Shown here: positions 1-12,100 of the stretch, in pieces | Layout of the letters: every line of letters begins with the position of its first letter | Position numbering within the stretch: the stretch's first letter is position 1 | Assembly: GCF_964204865.1 (NCBI RefSeq) | Contig: NC_135258.1 | Span: 19,034,001-19,098,000 of the forward strand | Reading direction: 5' to 3' | Source: Styela clava | Lineage: Eukaryota | Length of the DNA: 64,000 bases | Notes under the pieces: generated by a model | What the model was told of the DNA's origin: nothing | The model's input: the letters and a program-made list of their open reading frames with translations, nothing else | Database searches by the model: none | Translations under genes and position numbers: made by a program

Positions 1-1265
1 GAGAAAAAATTAAAATGCATTATATAGCTAATAGCACGAGCTTGTATATTGATTTTTTTCAATTATTATAAGCATACTTTTCTAGTACTTCACTTAAATT
101 GAAATTATTTCTATCGACATAATAAATATTCCAACATCGATTATGAATTGATCTCTTTCAAAAGCTTGGGCGTTTACGACTTTTTTCAGTAGCATTGCAT
201 TACGTTTCAAAAATGAAAACGGCTGATCTCGATCTCCAAATATAATACATCTTTTATCGAGCCTTAGTTTTGAAAAAATCAAACTCGAGTATTTTTATAT
301 AATATTTTACTAATCTTTCGCGTTGTACTTGCATGTAGAAGTTAGACTACTAGTTAAGGCCTATATACTTGAAACGCAAATTATGTTTTCTGTCTAATCT
401 TTCTGTCTCGTGTCGACTCTCTTTGTAACAAAATTTCATCTTTTAACCTAAACTTTAATCGTTTATGCCTGCCTAAAATTTGATTTGTACGTTATCCCAG
501 TTATTTGTGCGATTTAGGTCATCAGACGACGCGCCCGATTTGCGGCACAGCACCTTAGTGAGGCAAATCATCAGCTACTCGACGTTATATCGTATTTTGA
601 CGGCTTTCGTCGATTGATGTATCGGAACCTCTAGTGTTTGGGCGATGTCACGGAAAGGATTTTTTCGTGGCATTTTTGAAATGGCGGCGAATACCTCAAC
701 TGGATTATTTTGAGTTTGCTTTATGATTTAACTATATGGTTTGTCCGCATTCACGTCGAGGTCAACATTTGTTCAATATTAATTAATTTACATTTGTACG
801 GAATCTGTGCATGAAAATGAAAATCGCTTTTCAACAATATTTAAAATTTTGTGGTTTTACTAACGTTTAAAAATTTGTTCTTAAGCACGAGTTTACTAAA
901 CACGCCTCAGTCGCACCCACAAATCTGTCTTTCAGCTGTAATTAACATTTACTCAACGCACGTTTATCAAATATAAATTGTATACGTAAAAATATGGCGA
1001 TATGACATATTTTGTTATTTGGGATTATAAACTTATTTATTAGGCACAAAGCATATAATTTTAAAAATCGATTGTAGATCTTGTGATTCCAATTAAATAG
1101 CTTGTTGCTTTATTCAATGTTGAAGCTATCTACTACCCAATGAATGCGCTTGGCCTTACTGTGAACAAATATTCATAAAAAGTCGAAATTTAATAACGAA
1201 CTCATCTTTGTTTCTCAAGCTTTCTAATTCTCTCAGTTATGATTATACGTCAGATGTGTCATGTG

Positions 1266-1946
1266 TATAGCTGGGAATGATTAACCGGTTAATTGGTTGA
1301 CCGATATTAGATGGTTAACGGTTGCGATTCATTTTAACCGTTAAACTGACATCTCAGGTACAAAATCTTTATGCTGTACAATTTCTACAAAAATGATTAT
1401 GTCATCGCAAATTTATCTTGTGTGGTGTTTAATTCAAAAGCATATCACTAATTGTATAGGTAAGCCCAATAAAATTGAAAAATAATTAAAGTACCAAGAT
1501 TGCTGATTATGAAAATTTGACAATGAAAAATTCAGAATCAGTTTTCGGTGAAAATATATTGTTCACCTTTTTATTGCAAAATCGCCTATTCGATGTGCGT
1601 AGTTGATGCTGTTCTTCTTTATGATTTCTCAAAGTAGAATTTGCACATCAAGAACTGAAAATTTGTCACGTGAATGGCATTTCATAACGGAATCGAGTTT
1701 CTCTACAATATTTCCATGTGTCCGAAGCACGCTGCATATCTCTTGCAGCAGAGCGATCACGAAAGTATCTCGATTCGTGAATAATTTCGAGCGATACCGG
1801 GATAAGATCTCGCAAAATTGCTTTGTAACCACTGTGACGTAATAAGCTAAAATTATAAATTATCACGTCAAAAGTCACCCTGCGGTTAACCGGTTAATTT
1901 TACCCGGTTAACGCTTGAAGTGTTTTCCCTGAAATTCCCAGCTCTG
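1266..1946. mobile_element. Non-autonomous hAT element
   Basis: TIR TATAGCTGGGAAT / ATTCCCAGCTCTG; perfect 8-bp TSD GTCATGTG (1258-1265, 1947-1954); subterminal GGTTAACC repeats. Confidence 0.85.
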
Positions 1947-4900
1947 GTCATGTGATATTACCTATGTCGAAATGATGGTCATTGCTTGGCAATATTTAAT
2001 CCAGTGTCGTGAAACAAATTTCTTGTGATGTGAATTTGGACGTGTAGAAAAATTCCTAAAATGTTACTTTGAACATCATAAATGTAGCTTTCCTTTATTT
2101 CGACATGCTTATATTTACTGGTACAAAAATAATGTGGTTCCGGTTACGAATAGGTCCGACATGTTCCACGTGCTATATACCACAGAGACAGGTTCACTAG
2201 TCTACTTCAACACACTTTTATCTTCCATATTCGATAAAAATACTAATTTTAGCATCTGGCACAATTTTGTGGTTCATTGGTTAGTTTTAAATCCTATTAT
2301 TCGTCTACACTTTACAGAATGCTACTTTATTTTGGAACGAAATGACTTTTCAATGATGCTCAATATTGTCATCTACACTCTTGTTAAAAGATGAATGTGG
2401 AATGTATTTTTTCGGGGAAACTGAAATAATTATGCATAATCAAAGATGGAAAACGGATAAGATTTCATATCTAAGGCGTAGTTTATCGATGAACCGTATA
2501 TTTCTTTACCAAATGCCTATTCCGTGTTTATTTTTATTTTTAGAATAAATCGAAATATTTATTCGGCAACGGAATGTAAGTATGATTTATTAGAATTTTG
2601 GAGAAATCTGATTTCAAGTGGTATAAAATCAATAAGTTAGATCGCGCTAGGTAACAATTAACAATAACTAAATTGTTGATGAACGTCGAATTACGCTGTG
2701 AATGAGTTTAATGCTAAATATCAGTAGTGCTTGTGATGCATTTTATATTGAGTGTACAATTTGTAGCAAATAGTCACTCAAAAAAACGTCTCAAATAAAA
2801 TTAAAGGAGAGTTTTATTTTGTTAGGACTGCAATTTATTTTCGATACAGGTGAATAATGGAGCTAAAAATGATATTTGTTCATTTTTTGATTCACTTGTA
2901 TTCTTGACTCTATAAATCAATTCATTGTTGAACGGAATAAATGTCATTTATTCTGTGAAACCTTGTGCTGAATTGGCAGGAAACATCTGATAAATTCTTT
3001 ATTTCGATGATTACACATAGCGAGAATAGCATGAATCACCACTATTCGATGATAAATTTCAATGGCTGACCTTCAAAGATATAAATAATTTCAACAGTTC
3101 CTGAGTTGTGATAGTAGTAAAGTGGTTTGGAGTTTCACTACTGATTCCAAAAAATATCGTCTGAGCACGCGTCAAAGCACGCTGTAGCATATTGATTAAT
3201 TGTTTGTGAAATGGATGTGCAGTGTGTGATTCATTGGAGAAATTATATCAAACAGGATTGATTAAATTCAATGTATTTAGTGTGTATTCGTAACTTTCCT
3301 TGCTCGCAAATAAACGCTTGTCCGGTTTACAGCTTGAATTGTTTTTACAAGTTTCACATTTGTTATAATATTTATAATAAGAAAATAAGAGACAATATAA
3401 GTCGTCGTAAAATGAAATACAAACCGAAATGTATACAGTGTCTTCTTTTTGTACTAACTGAACAAGATGAAGTTATCTTCATTAATTTTGTATGAACAAA
3501 TATTTTTTCAAATTGGATTTCTATAAAATCTCTTTATCGAATAGTATACTGATGAAAATTTAAAACAAAAGAAGAAAGATTGTTTTGCGAAGGAAGATTG
3601 GAATAAAGTAAAATACAAAGGCGGTAAAAATACATTAGTTTCACATCTTCCAATAATTGATTTTCGTGTTTATATTCAATTCGAACATGAGCATGAAAGG
3701 TGTGAAATTGGAAATAAGGCCTAACTTTACGACAATAAACCTTTTGATAATCCGGATTATGAATTTCTATTTTTTAGTTTAATTTTTTCAGTTTATCTTT
3801 TTAATACCGTTTGCTTGCTTAAGGTTCGGTTCAGATTCGAAATAGTATATTCGATTTGGGCACTAAAAATTAACAGAGGCAACACCTTCTTAAACCAGTT
3901 TAAAGTTGCGGTATTTAATCCTTAAATTGGAACCAAAATAGAATGAGATTTAGGCTTTTAAAAACTTTGAGGTTGCGTTTTTCTTTCGGTGAGAAGTATT
4001 GTCATCTATTTAGACACTGCCGATTATCAACCATTGATGAACTCCATACTATGCAAATGTCATTTTCTGTTCAGGCCGTAAGATACAATAACTATTGATA
4101 AAACAAGATAATGGTTTTTCAAATTATATGACTCAAAAATGTCACGTTTGAATTTTTCATTGAGAACCCTATGCTTCGGCCGTTCTAACAACATGACCTG
4201 TGCGCAATTTTTTGACTAAATATTTTTGAAAACAAACGATCTTTCATGTTTGCTGTTGATGACCGTTGTCATGGGAAAATACGTCATTATGACTCTAATA
4301 TTATTTTGCCCCGACTGGATTGAATTGAAACATTGCCAATATAAAAATACGACAAACGAATACAAAGCATCCGAAATAATGAAACGCGGTCAAATTGATC
4401 TTTCGTTGTTAGGTTGTGTATTTTGTAACCCAATTTTGTGATTTTGACCTGTTTTTATTTTATATACAAACCTTCATTCACAAAGGTAAAAAAATGGAAC
4501 ACATAGAAAAGTGAAGAGAACATATGGTTAGTCTGTTAGAGCTAACACGAATTCTTTCGGACTACAAACTTCAATACAGGAAGAATTTTCCATATTATCG
4601 TAAGTGTGATTATGAGAGCCAAATTGCAAGCTACCAACGAATCTTACCGCATTCTTATATCACACTACGATAAATCTAACGCATTTTCAGTCTGTATTTT
4701 TAGTTGAAACTGAGTTTCTACTTAATAGCTTAGTTTGCTTTATATTCAGCCAATAGATACGATGCAATGACGTTTAGAGTTTAATTTGTTGACAGTGACG
4801 ACGTATATTTAATGTTAGTCCAACCATTACCCTGACATTACCGGTTAAGATAAAGAATAACGAACCGGTTATTATCATTATGAAATCATACCTACGTCAA

Positions 4901-5817
4901 TCACACGTAAGATAAATTTCAAATATGTCATTTTGCTTTGAGTTGTTATGTATACATATAATTAGAATTAAATTATTCTAGACATTTAGTTTATTTCGAT
5001 TTTAACTGTCTGTTTTAAGTGTTTATTCGGCACTGTTTGGTACGCTAACATTTGCTTATACGATGGCCCTTTGCGTGCTTTTTCAATGACGAGCGTGCAT
5101 GAACAAAGATAATCTTTTTTTTATCATTTTATCAACATCGATAGTCAGTTTCATTTTGAAAGATTGCGTAAAATATTAATATTTATGATTTTATTGTTGG
5201 AAATGATATTAGTTATGTATATCATTACATATTTGAGAATTTCAGCATTCTGAAGCCTTGTGAAAATATGAAATTTTAAGTCAAATTTTACCACAGCAAT
5301 GGATTCCAGGATGTTACCGCAATTTTGAATATTATAAGTTTAAGTAATTTTTAAGCAAACTCTGTTTTTAAAAACCCCTGTTCTTATATATCAACAGCTC
5401 ATCGATTTTCATAGTGAAGTTTGCAAAACTGGATATAAGTTGCGGAATTCTCTGCAAAAACCAAAAATGCAATGATTGCAATACAAGTCAAATACATCAA
5501 CTTTATCTCCGTCTCTAATCCGTAACATGTAAACTAATAGAAATAGATTACCTGGTCTGCATGTGATACTTCAGTTGTCAGTTTACCTAAACAAAACATA
5601 TCCATGCTCGTGATATGAGACCACACACGTAGCGTGAAAATTGATAATTTGTTTTTATAACCATTCTGGGTTCTTACAACATATGTCAATAAATAAGTAA
5701 ATAGATAATTAGTAAATATTAAACAAAGGTGGAATGTATCAATATTTCAATATAATAAATAGGTTTGTTGAAAAACTAGTCAATCATGAAACGATTTGAT
5801 TTAGACAAAGCTTTTTC

Positions 5818-6023
5818 GGCGCTTCAGAAGTATGTGTACCAATATGGAAGTAACTAATTTTGTTCGCCTACGCTGTGTAAAAGGACTGAAGTCTATTGGT
5901 AGAGGGTATATTGACTTGGCTAACACAGACAGTCCCCGAACTCGTAACAGAACTCAAATGAGGAAAATTGGAATAAAATTATGGCCTAACCCTAACCTAG
6001 TATACACATACTATTAGAGAACC
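5818..6023. mobile_element. MITE, CGG..CAGAAGTATGTG-terminated family
   Basis: Shares the left end and internal sequence with 50122-50290 and the terminal motif with the 14740 hairpin; contains CCTAACCCTAACC. Confidence 0.6.
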
Positions 6024-9000
6024 GCTTTTTCTTTGTTCAGTCTCGAATGTACGGAAATAAAATAGTAATATGAGTCTAGTAACTCATTTTCCTCTTACAT
6101 ACCTCTGGGGTTATTTTACTAGATTTGTAGAAAATTGTCGCGTTGATAAAAAAATTACAAAGTATTCTCTATTGGAGTATATAAATTCTGCACGAAACTT
6201 TCTATACACTTTTATGAGTGCATTTTATGAATATAGAAATCTTCAATTTATTGAAAGAGGGTATTTTCATTTAATTTTTTAAATGTGTATTTATATCAAT
6301 ATATTATTCTTTCAAACGAAGGTGACCTTCTTACGATACCTATTTCGAATTCTTCATAATATTCCAGTATATTCATTATGAACAGCTGCTTTTAAATGAT
6401 CCAACTTACAGACTTTGCTTCTATAAAATATTTTTCACGTTTGACAAAAATTTTTTTTATAAGCTTCCATATTCTCCTGGAGAAGCAAAATAACGCTTTG
6501 AAAATGTATATTGGTTGACTTAACCGCCAAGAAAGCGACGTTTAAACCGGAAAGTCCATAATCCCTTGTTTTTGAGATTCTTATGCGAAGAAATTCGATA
6601 TCTCAGATTAACTCTATTAATTATTCACAAGGAAAAGAATCCTTCGGAAATTTTGTACTGATTTCGTTTTAGAAAAAATATTTTGTCAACGGAAACCTAT
6701 ATATAGAGTTTTAAACACCGTCGACCTTATAGCGTTGTGCGTAATAAGAATTAACGAGATGTTTGAATAAAAAATTCTAAAGAAATTTTTTGTGTGACAT
6801 TTGAGTACAAGTGTTATTCCATGCATATACAGTTTTTTTAGTTTGCAACATGCTTCAAATACACCAAAAACGTCGTGTTTCTTTCAAATACGACATAAAT
6901 TTGGATCAAAAAGACGGCTCTGGTGGCGGGCAGACTGCAAACATTCTATGTTTTCATCATGACAAATAATAAAAATATATCACATTTTATAATAAGTATA
7001 TCATCTATTTCCACAATATTATTTTTAAACAAATTCAGAGAATTCTCCAAGTCAGCATATTGAAAATAATTTGAGTTCAAAGTCACTTGAGTTTCAGGCG
7101 ACAATTTGATTTGATAAAAATGATCATTCGTAATTTGGTTATTTTGATTTATGTTTGAATTGGTCGTTTTTCTCACTTCAAAGCAGTATTCGAAATATGA
7201 TTCATGCCCTATTATTCTTTTTTTTTTTCTGAGTAATGATTGCTTTCGCAATTTTATAAATCGATGACGTAATTTTGACGTCATTAGTGAAACCTTAGAC
7301 AAAAAATTATCTCTCGATAATGTTTTTGGAAGACGACATTTCAAAAATTCACGAAATTTCAAAAGTAATTTATTGATGAGATTGAACTTGATTTTGAGTT
7401 TAAGTTTTAGATTTTAAAAAGAATGCTTTCCTTTCTGAAGAATTAGTTGTATTGCGGATCATAATTCCATACGTCAAAATAATTTAAGAAAGAGTATATA
7501 GGTAACACGTTGCAGTTTACCTTTGGTTATTTCAGTTATTCGAAACGTTTTTCAGGATATTATCAATTCAAAAGCTCTAACCCAAATAGACGAACTTGAA
7601 AACAAAAGTGTTTAAAAAAACACATATTTTTGACTTTTTCCTAATTTTTTCAAAAATTCATCCTATTAAAATTGTTTTAAATTCTAATATTTGCCTTTTT
7701 TGTTTGAAAACCCTTAAATTATATCTTATATTTATACCTACATATTTAAGTAAACCAAGTTTCGTTATACAAATTTGTATCAGAGTTCACTAAAACGAAA
7801 CATAAAATACGACATCGAAAATGCATGCACTTTTGACTGTATAATGCCCTAATACATCTCCCATGTATTTTCAGTATTCTGTTTTGGATTACATTGGCTA
7901 TCTCATTGACATAAATTTATAATATAGCTCCTAAATTGTTTATACCTAAACATAATATATAAAAGGTCGGCAAATTCTGCATTCTTCTAATATTTGATAC
8001 AATACTAATATATGGCGTACAATGTACGAAACTTCAACAGTTTACAAATATCCATCTATCTAGTTTGATTTATAGTTTAATATATTTATGTTCCGTCTAT
8101 TTATGTAACGTTCATAGCAGGTTGGAGATAAAATTATTTTTTATCTTCGAAAGACAGATTAGACATCGAATTAATAATTTAACGCTGTGAAACCGGTGAT
8201 CACAGAAATAAATGTCGACAAGACGACCTAAAAATCACAACAACAATTCGGAATAGATATCTGACGCACGAACGTTTTGATTACTAAACCTATTGTCTAT
8301 CCTTCCTCACCCGTGCGTCCATGAACCCACATCAAACAAAATGTCTTTAAATTATGTCCTTTCCACATTTTAAGTGCTTCTTTTTCTCGTTCCAAATTCA
8401 ATTAACCACACGATTATTGCACGAAACTATCTTTTATTTAATGACAAATAAATAATTATATATACATACATTTTAATAGAGAAATAAAATTGCGAAATTA
8501 ATAATCTCGTATTATATATTGGAACAAAAAAATAGAATCCATAATACGGACAAAATTGGAATGTCGTTTCAGCAAAATAATAACGATTTCATAATGACAA
8601 GCTAATATTCCAATGTTTGAGCTGCAACACAATCTTTTGAATAGGGCATCACTGGGTTGAGATATCTAGTCGGCAAATTTGATAGCAAATTTTGGGTTTT
8701 GCTTCATCTGTGTGCACCATTTCATACTTCAAATTGAGTTGGACAATAATCGCTCATTTATTTTTTATTTTTATGTTTTTCCATACTTCCACTACAAACA
8801 AATGTCCATATAGACAGCGGTGATACCCAAGGAGATATTATTTTCAAGCAATATTACTAGTTAGCAAAGCGCTTTTTGCGCAGAAGTCTCCAAATATTCC
8901 TATAACTGTAAAATACAGTTTTCATTTTTTTGAGAAGTTTACCATGGTTGATTCAATCAATTAAAATAAAGTTGGATCGAATCGTAATAAAGATAATTGA

Positions 9001-9153
9001 AACTACAATAATTGAAAATACAATTGATACTGATACTGTTTTGACAGCACATTTTCGTAAATCGAAAAAAGAGTAAGTCGAAGAATAATTACTGGCATGT
9101 TGTCTAACAATAATTTGATTTTTTTTTCTCTGATTACTGAATTACATTTTCTA

Positions 9154-12100
9154 TTATAATTCTCCAGCTTCTTTCAATGCTTCTCTAACCAAATCGGCAA
9201 CGTTTTCTTTGTCAGAGTCCCATATTGACCCTAAATATGCTGCACAGTCATCTTTATCGTCACAGGCGAGTTTTCTTGCGTTTTCTTCGTATCTTTTTCT
9301 AGATTTTGGACCCAGTGACTCCAGTGGTGTTGCTGTAGCTGACATCACCGTGGATCCTTTCCCAACGAGCCTTTTTAATATGATTCTCATCAAGTTATCT
9401 AGAGCCAAAATAAAATAAAGTTGGTTTATACGGAAATTAGTTAAATTGAAAATTGGCAAATTAAATATGAAGCTACTTTATTACAATATTGATCGGTACA
9501 CTTAAAAAGCAACTTGAGAAATTATAGGCCAATTGGTAAAAAATTAGTTATAAATAAGTTAAAAAATCTAAAAACATTATGTCATAAGTGGCGCTAATAT
9601 ACAAGTACCGTGTTTCCCAGAGAATAAGACCGAGTATTATTTCAATTTTCTTTCGAAAAATACCTCTAGGGCCTTTTAGGGGGGATGTCTTTTATTTTTA
9701 TTTATCAAAAACAAAATTATTAAGTAGAGGATTACGAGATCTTCGGATATACAAATATGAAAATCGATAACCATAGACCTATAAATCACCCTTTTCCATT
9801 TAAAATAACTGATAAACATTATCAATCATTTAAAACGTGTAGAAGAGACTTTTTGCTATCGAATAGGTCAAAAAAAATTCGCGCTACCGACTAGGTCTTA
9901 TTTTAAGGGGAGGGCTTATATTAAAATCAATTCAGGGTAAGTCCTATTTTCGGGGAAACACGGCAGGTGTTTGTTCTGGAAAGTTAAGCATTCCACTATA
10001 TAACCTGGGTTGAAACAGTCGCTTTGAGTTATCAACTCCCTTATATGTATTAGAGTGGATGGAAATCTTCGCATAGGTATGAGGATTACGGAACTTGCTT
10101 TGGGAAATAGTACAAATTTTATAGTATGTGGTAGCAGTTCTACCCTTGGGTGCTTATAAAGTTTTATAAACAATACCATATAGCAAAGTGTGTTGCTTCG
10201 TTAAAACGCGACATTCATATTCGTGAATAACTACGTACAAATAACATGCCGCAGGTTCAGAAAAATAATTAATTGGTTCATATTAAAGCAATAAATGGTC
10301 AATCTTACCGCTGGGTTGTGATGTTGTTGGTGCATTACTTAAAATTGTTACAACCACATTGTGAATGTTTTCTCGATCACCAAATGATGACGTCAACACA
10401 GGACTGATCGCACATTGTAGAGCCCAATCTAACCAATAGTCCCCGCACATGTATGGAAGATCTCGTATCTGAATTTATGAAACAAAAATTAAGTAAAGAT
10501 AATAATGACAGATTTGGAAAAGGAAAATTGAGTTCAAGTAACAGGAAGATAGAAAAAAAAGAAACAGAAAAACAATTTGTGATTTTGAGTTTAAAATAAA
10601 AAGGTTCTAAAAAGTTAATTCATTTAACTCACATATTTTGTCACCAGTTGTTCATGCGATTCCTTGAATTGTTTTTCTACGTATAAATTTGATTTGGTTC
10701 TTGGACTGCATAAATTACTGAAAAGTTGTATACTTATTCGTGTACCATCGTCGTCAATCCCTCTCCAGCCATTAACAAAACTGTAAAAAAAAGTGTATTT
10801 TGCTTATATTACTTTTATGTTAAAAGCATTCAATGAATATTAAAGTCCGTCAACTTTAGCCTGATTTTCCAACCACTCCGGGACGCCATCTAACGCACGA
10901 GATTCTTACTGGTGAACGGTAAGCCTTATCAGGTCCAAAAACATCGAAACAGCATACATATAATTAAATTTTAATAGCTGAACGGTGTGACAAGCTAAGC
11001 GTAAAAGTTTTGATGACGTAACAGTCCAAAGTTTTACTAGATTGTACTAATTCACTGGCATGAAATTTGATTGTGCGTGATAAATGAATATTTTATTAAC
11101 ATAACGAATTATCTTACTCAGTAATAAACTTCTTCATCCTTGTATAATTTGGCGCAACGGTGCTGTTGATTTGGCCTCCTCTAAGTGGTCTCGCAAGACC
11201 AAAGTTAGTTTCAATTTCTTCGCAATCGTCTACATAGTTAGAAGAATCTACCAAGAAAAGCACGTCTAATTTCTTGTCTGGCTGCCCCTTCGGTTTAGGA
11301 GACGTTGGAGGAAGTGTAGTTGTCGTCGTAGATGTAGTTGTGGTCGTTTCTACATATAATAACATTTATTTGATAATCAAATGGAATTTGTGTCACCGAA
11401 GGACCTTGCTTTGGAAACTCATTATGAGAAAGATGGATAAGTTTGCTTAAGTACATTGAAATATGGTAATTTACGACTTTGATTTTCAATGAGTTCTTTC
11501 AGTTCTGAGTAAGTTAATGTGATCTTGCGTTGAGCAATTAACTACGAGTTTAAAAAATGCGATAAACCAAAAGTCGAGATAAACACAAGTCAATTCAAAA
11601 CACGCTATGAACTTTTAAAAAAAGTACTTTAAATACTAAATACTGCAGTGCCGGTGTTCAATACTAAATAAACGACAAAAATAATATGTAGCGTTCCAAC
11701 GACATTGCATAAATATAAAATAGTAATAACAACGAGAACAACGAGAAAAAGAAGGATACTAACAACAACAGCAACATAATATTAAACGATCTATAGGTCT
11801 ATTTCGTGTCCAATAAATTGCACAACTTATCAGAAATCATAAAGTTATCGGTCATGCTATTATTCTCAACTTGGATTCCCGTGGATGTAGGATAGAATAG
11901 GGAAGGATTCACGGCCAGGAGAAACGAGGATTTCGGTTTCATGTCTGCGAAGCTAGGAATTTATAATTGAATTTGAATTTACCTTTGTTTTTAAGATTGT
12001 AATAATAATCTGCCAATGACTATGATTTCGAACACCAGGGAGGATATGTGATATCGCCGTGTTTGAGGAATAATCGAAGATCTGTTTTGCAATTCAGATT

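Noticed and set aside
6946-7362. 138-aa minus-strand ORF
   Set aside because: AT-rich K/N/I/F-biased sequence with no motif or splice partners; likely chance within repeat-derived DNA.
9154-9170. C-terminal AGEL as an ER-retention signal
   Set aside because: Poor match to KDEL/HDEL; unsupported without conservation data.
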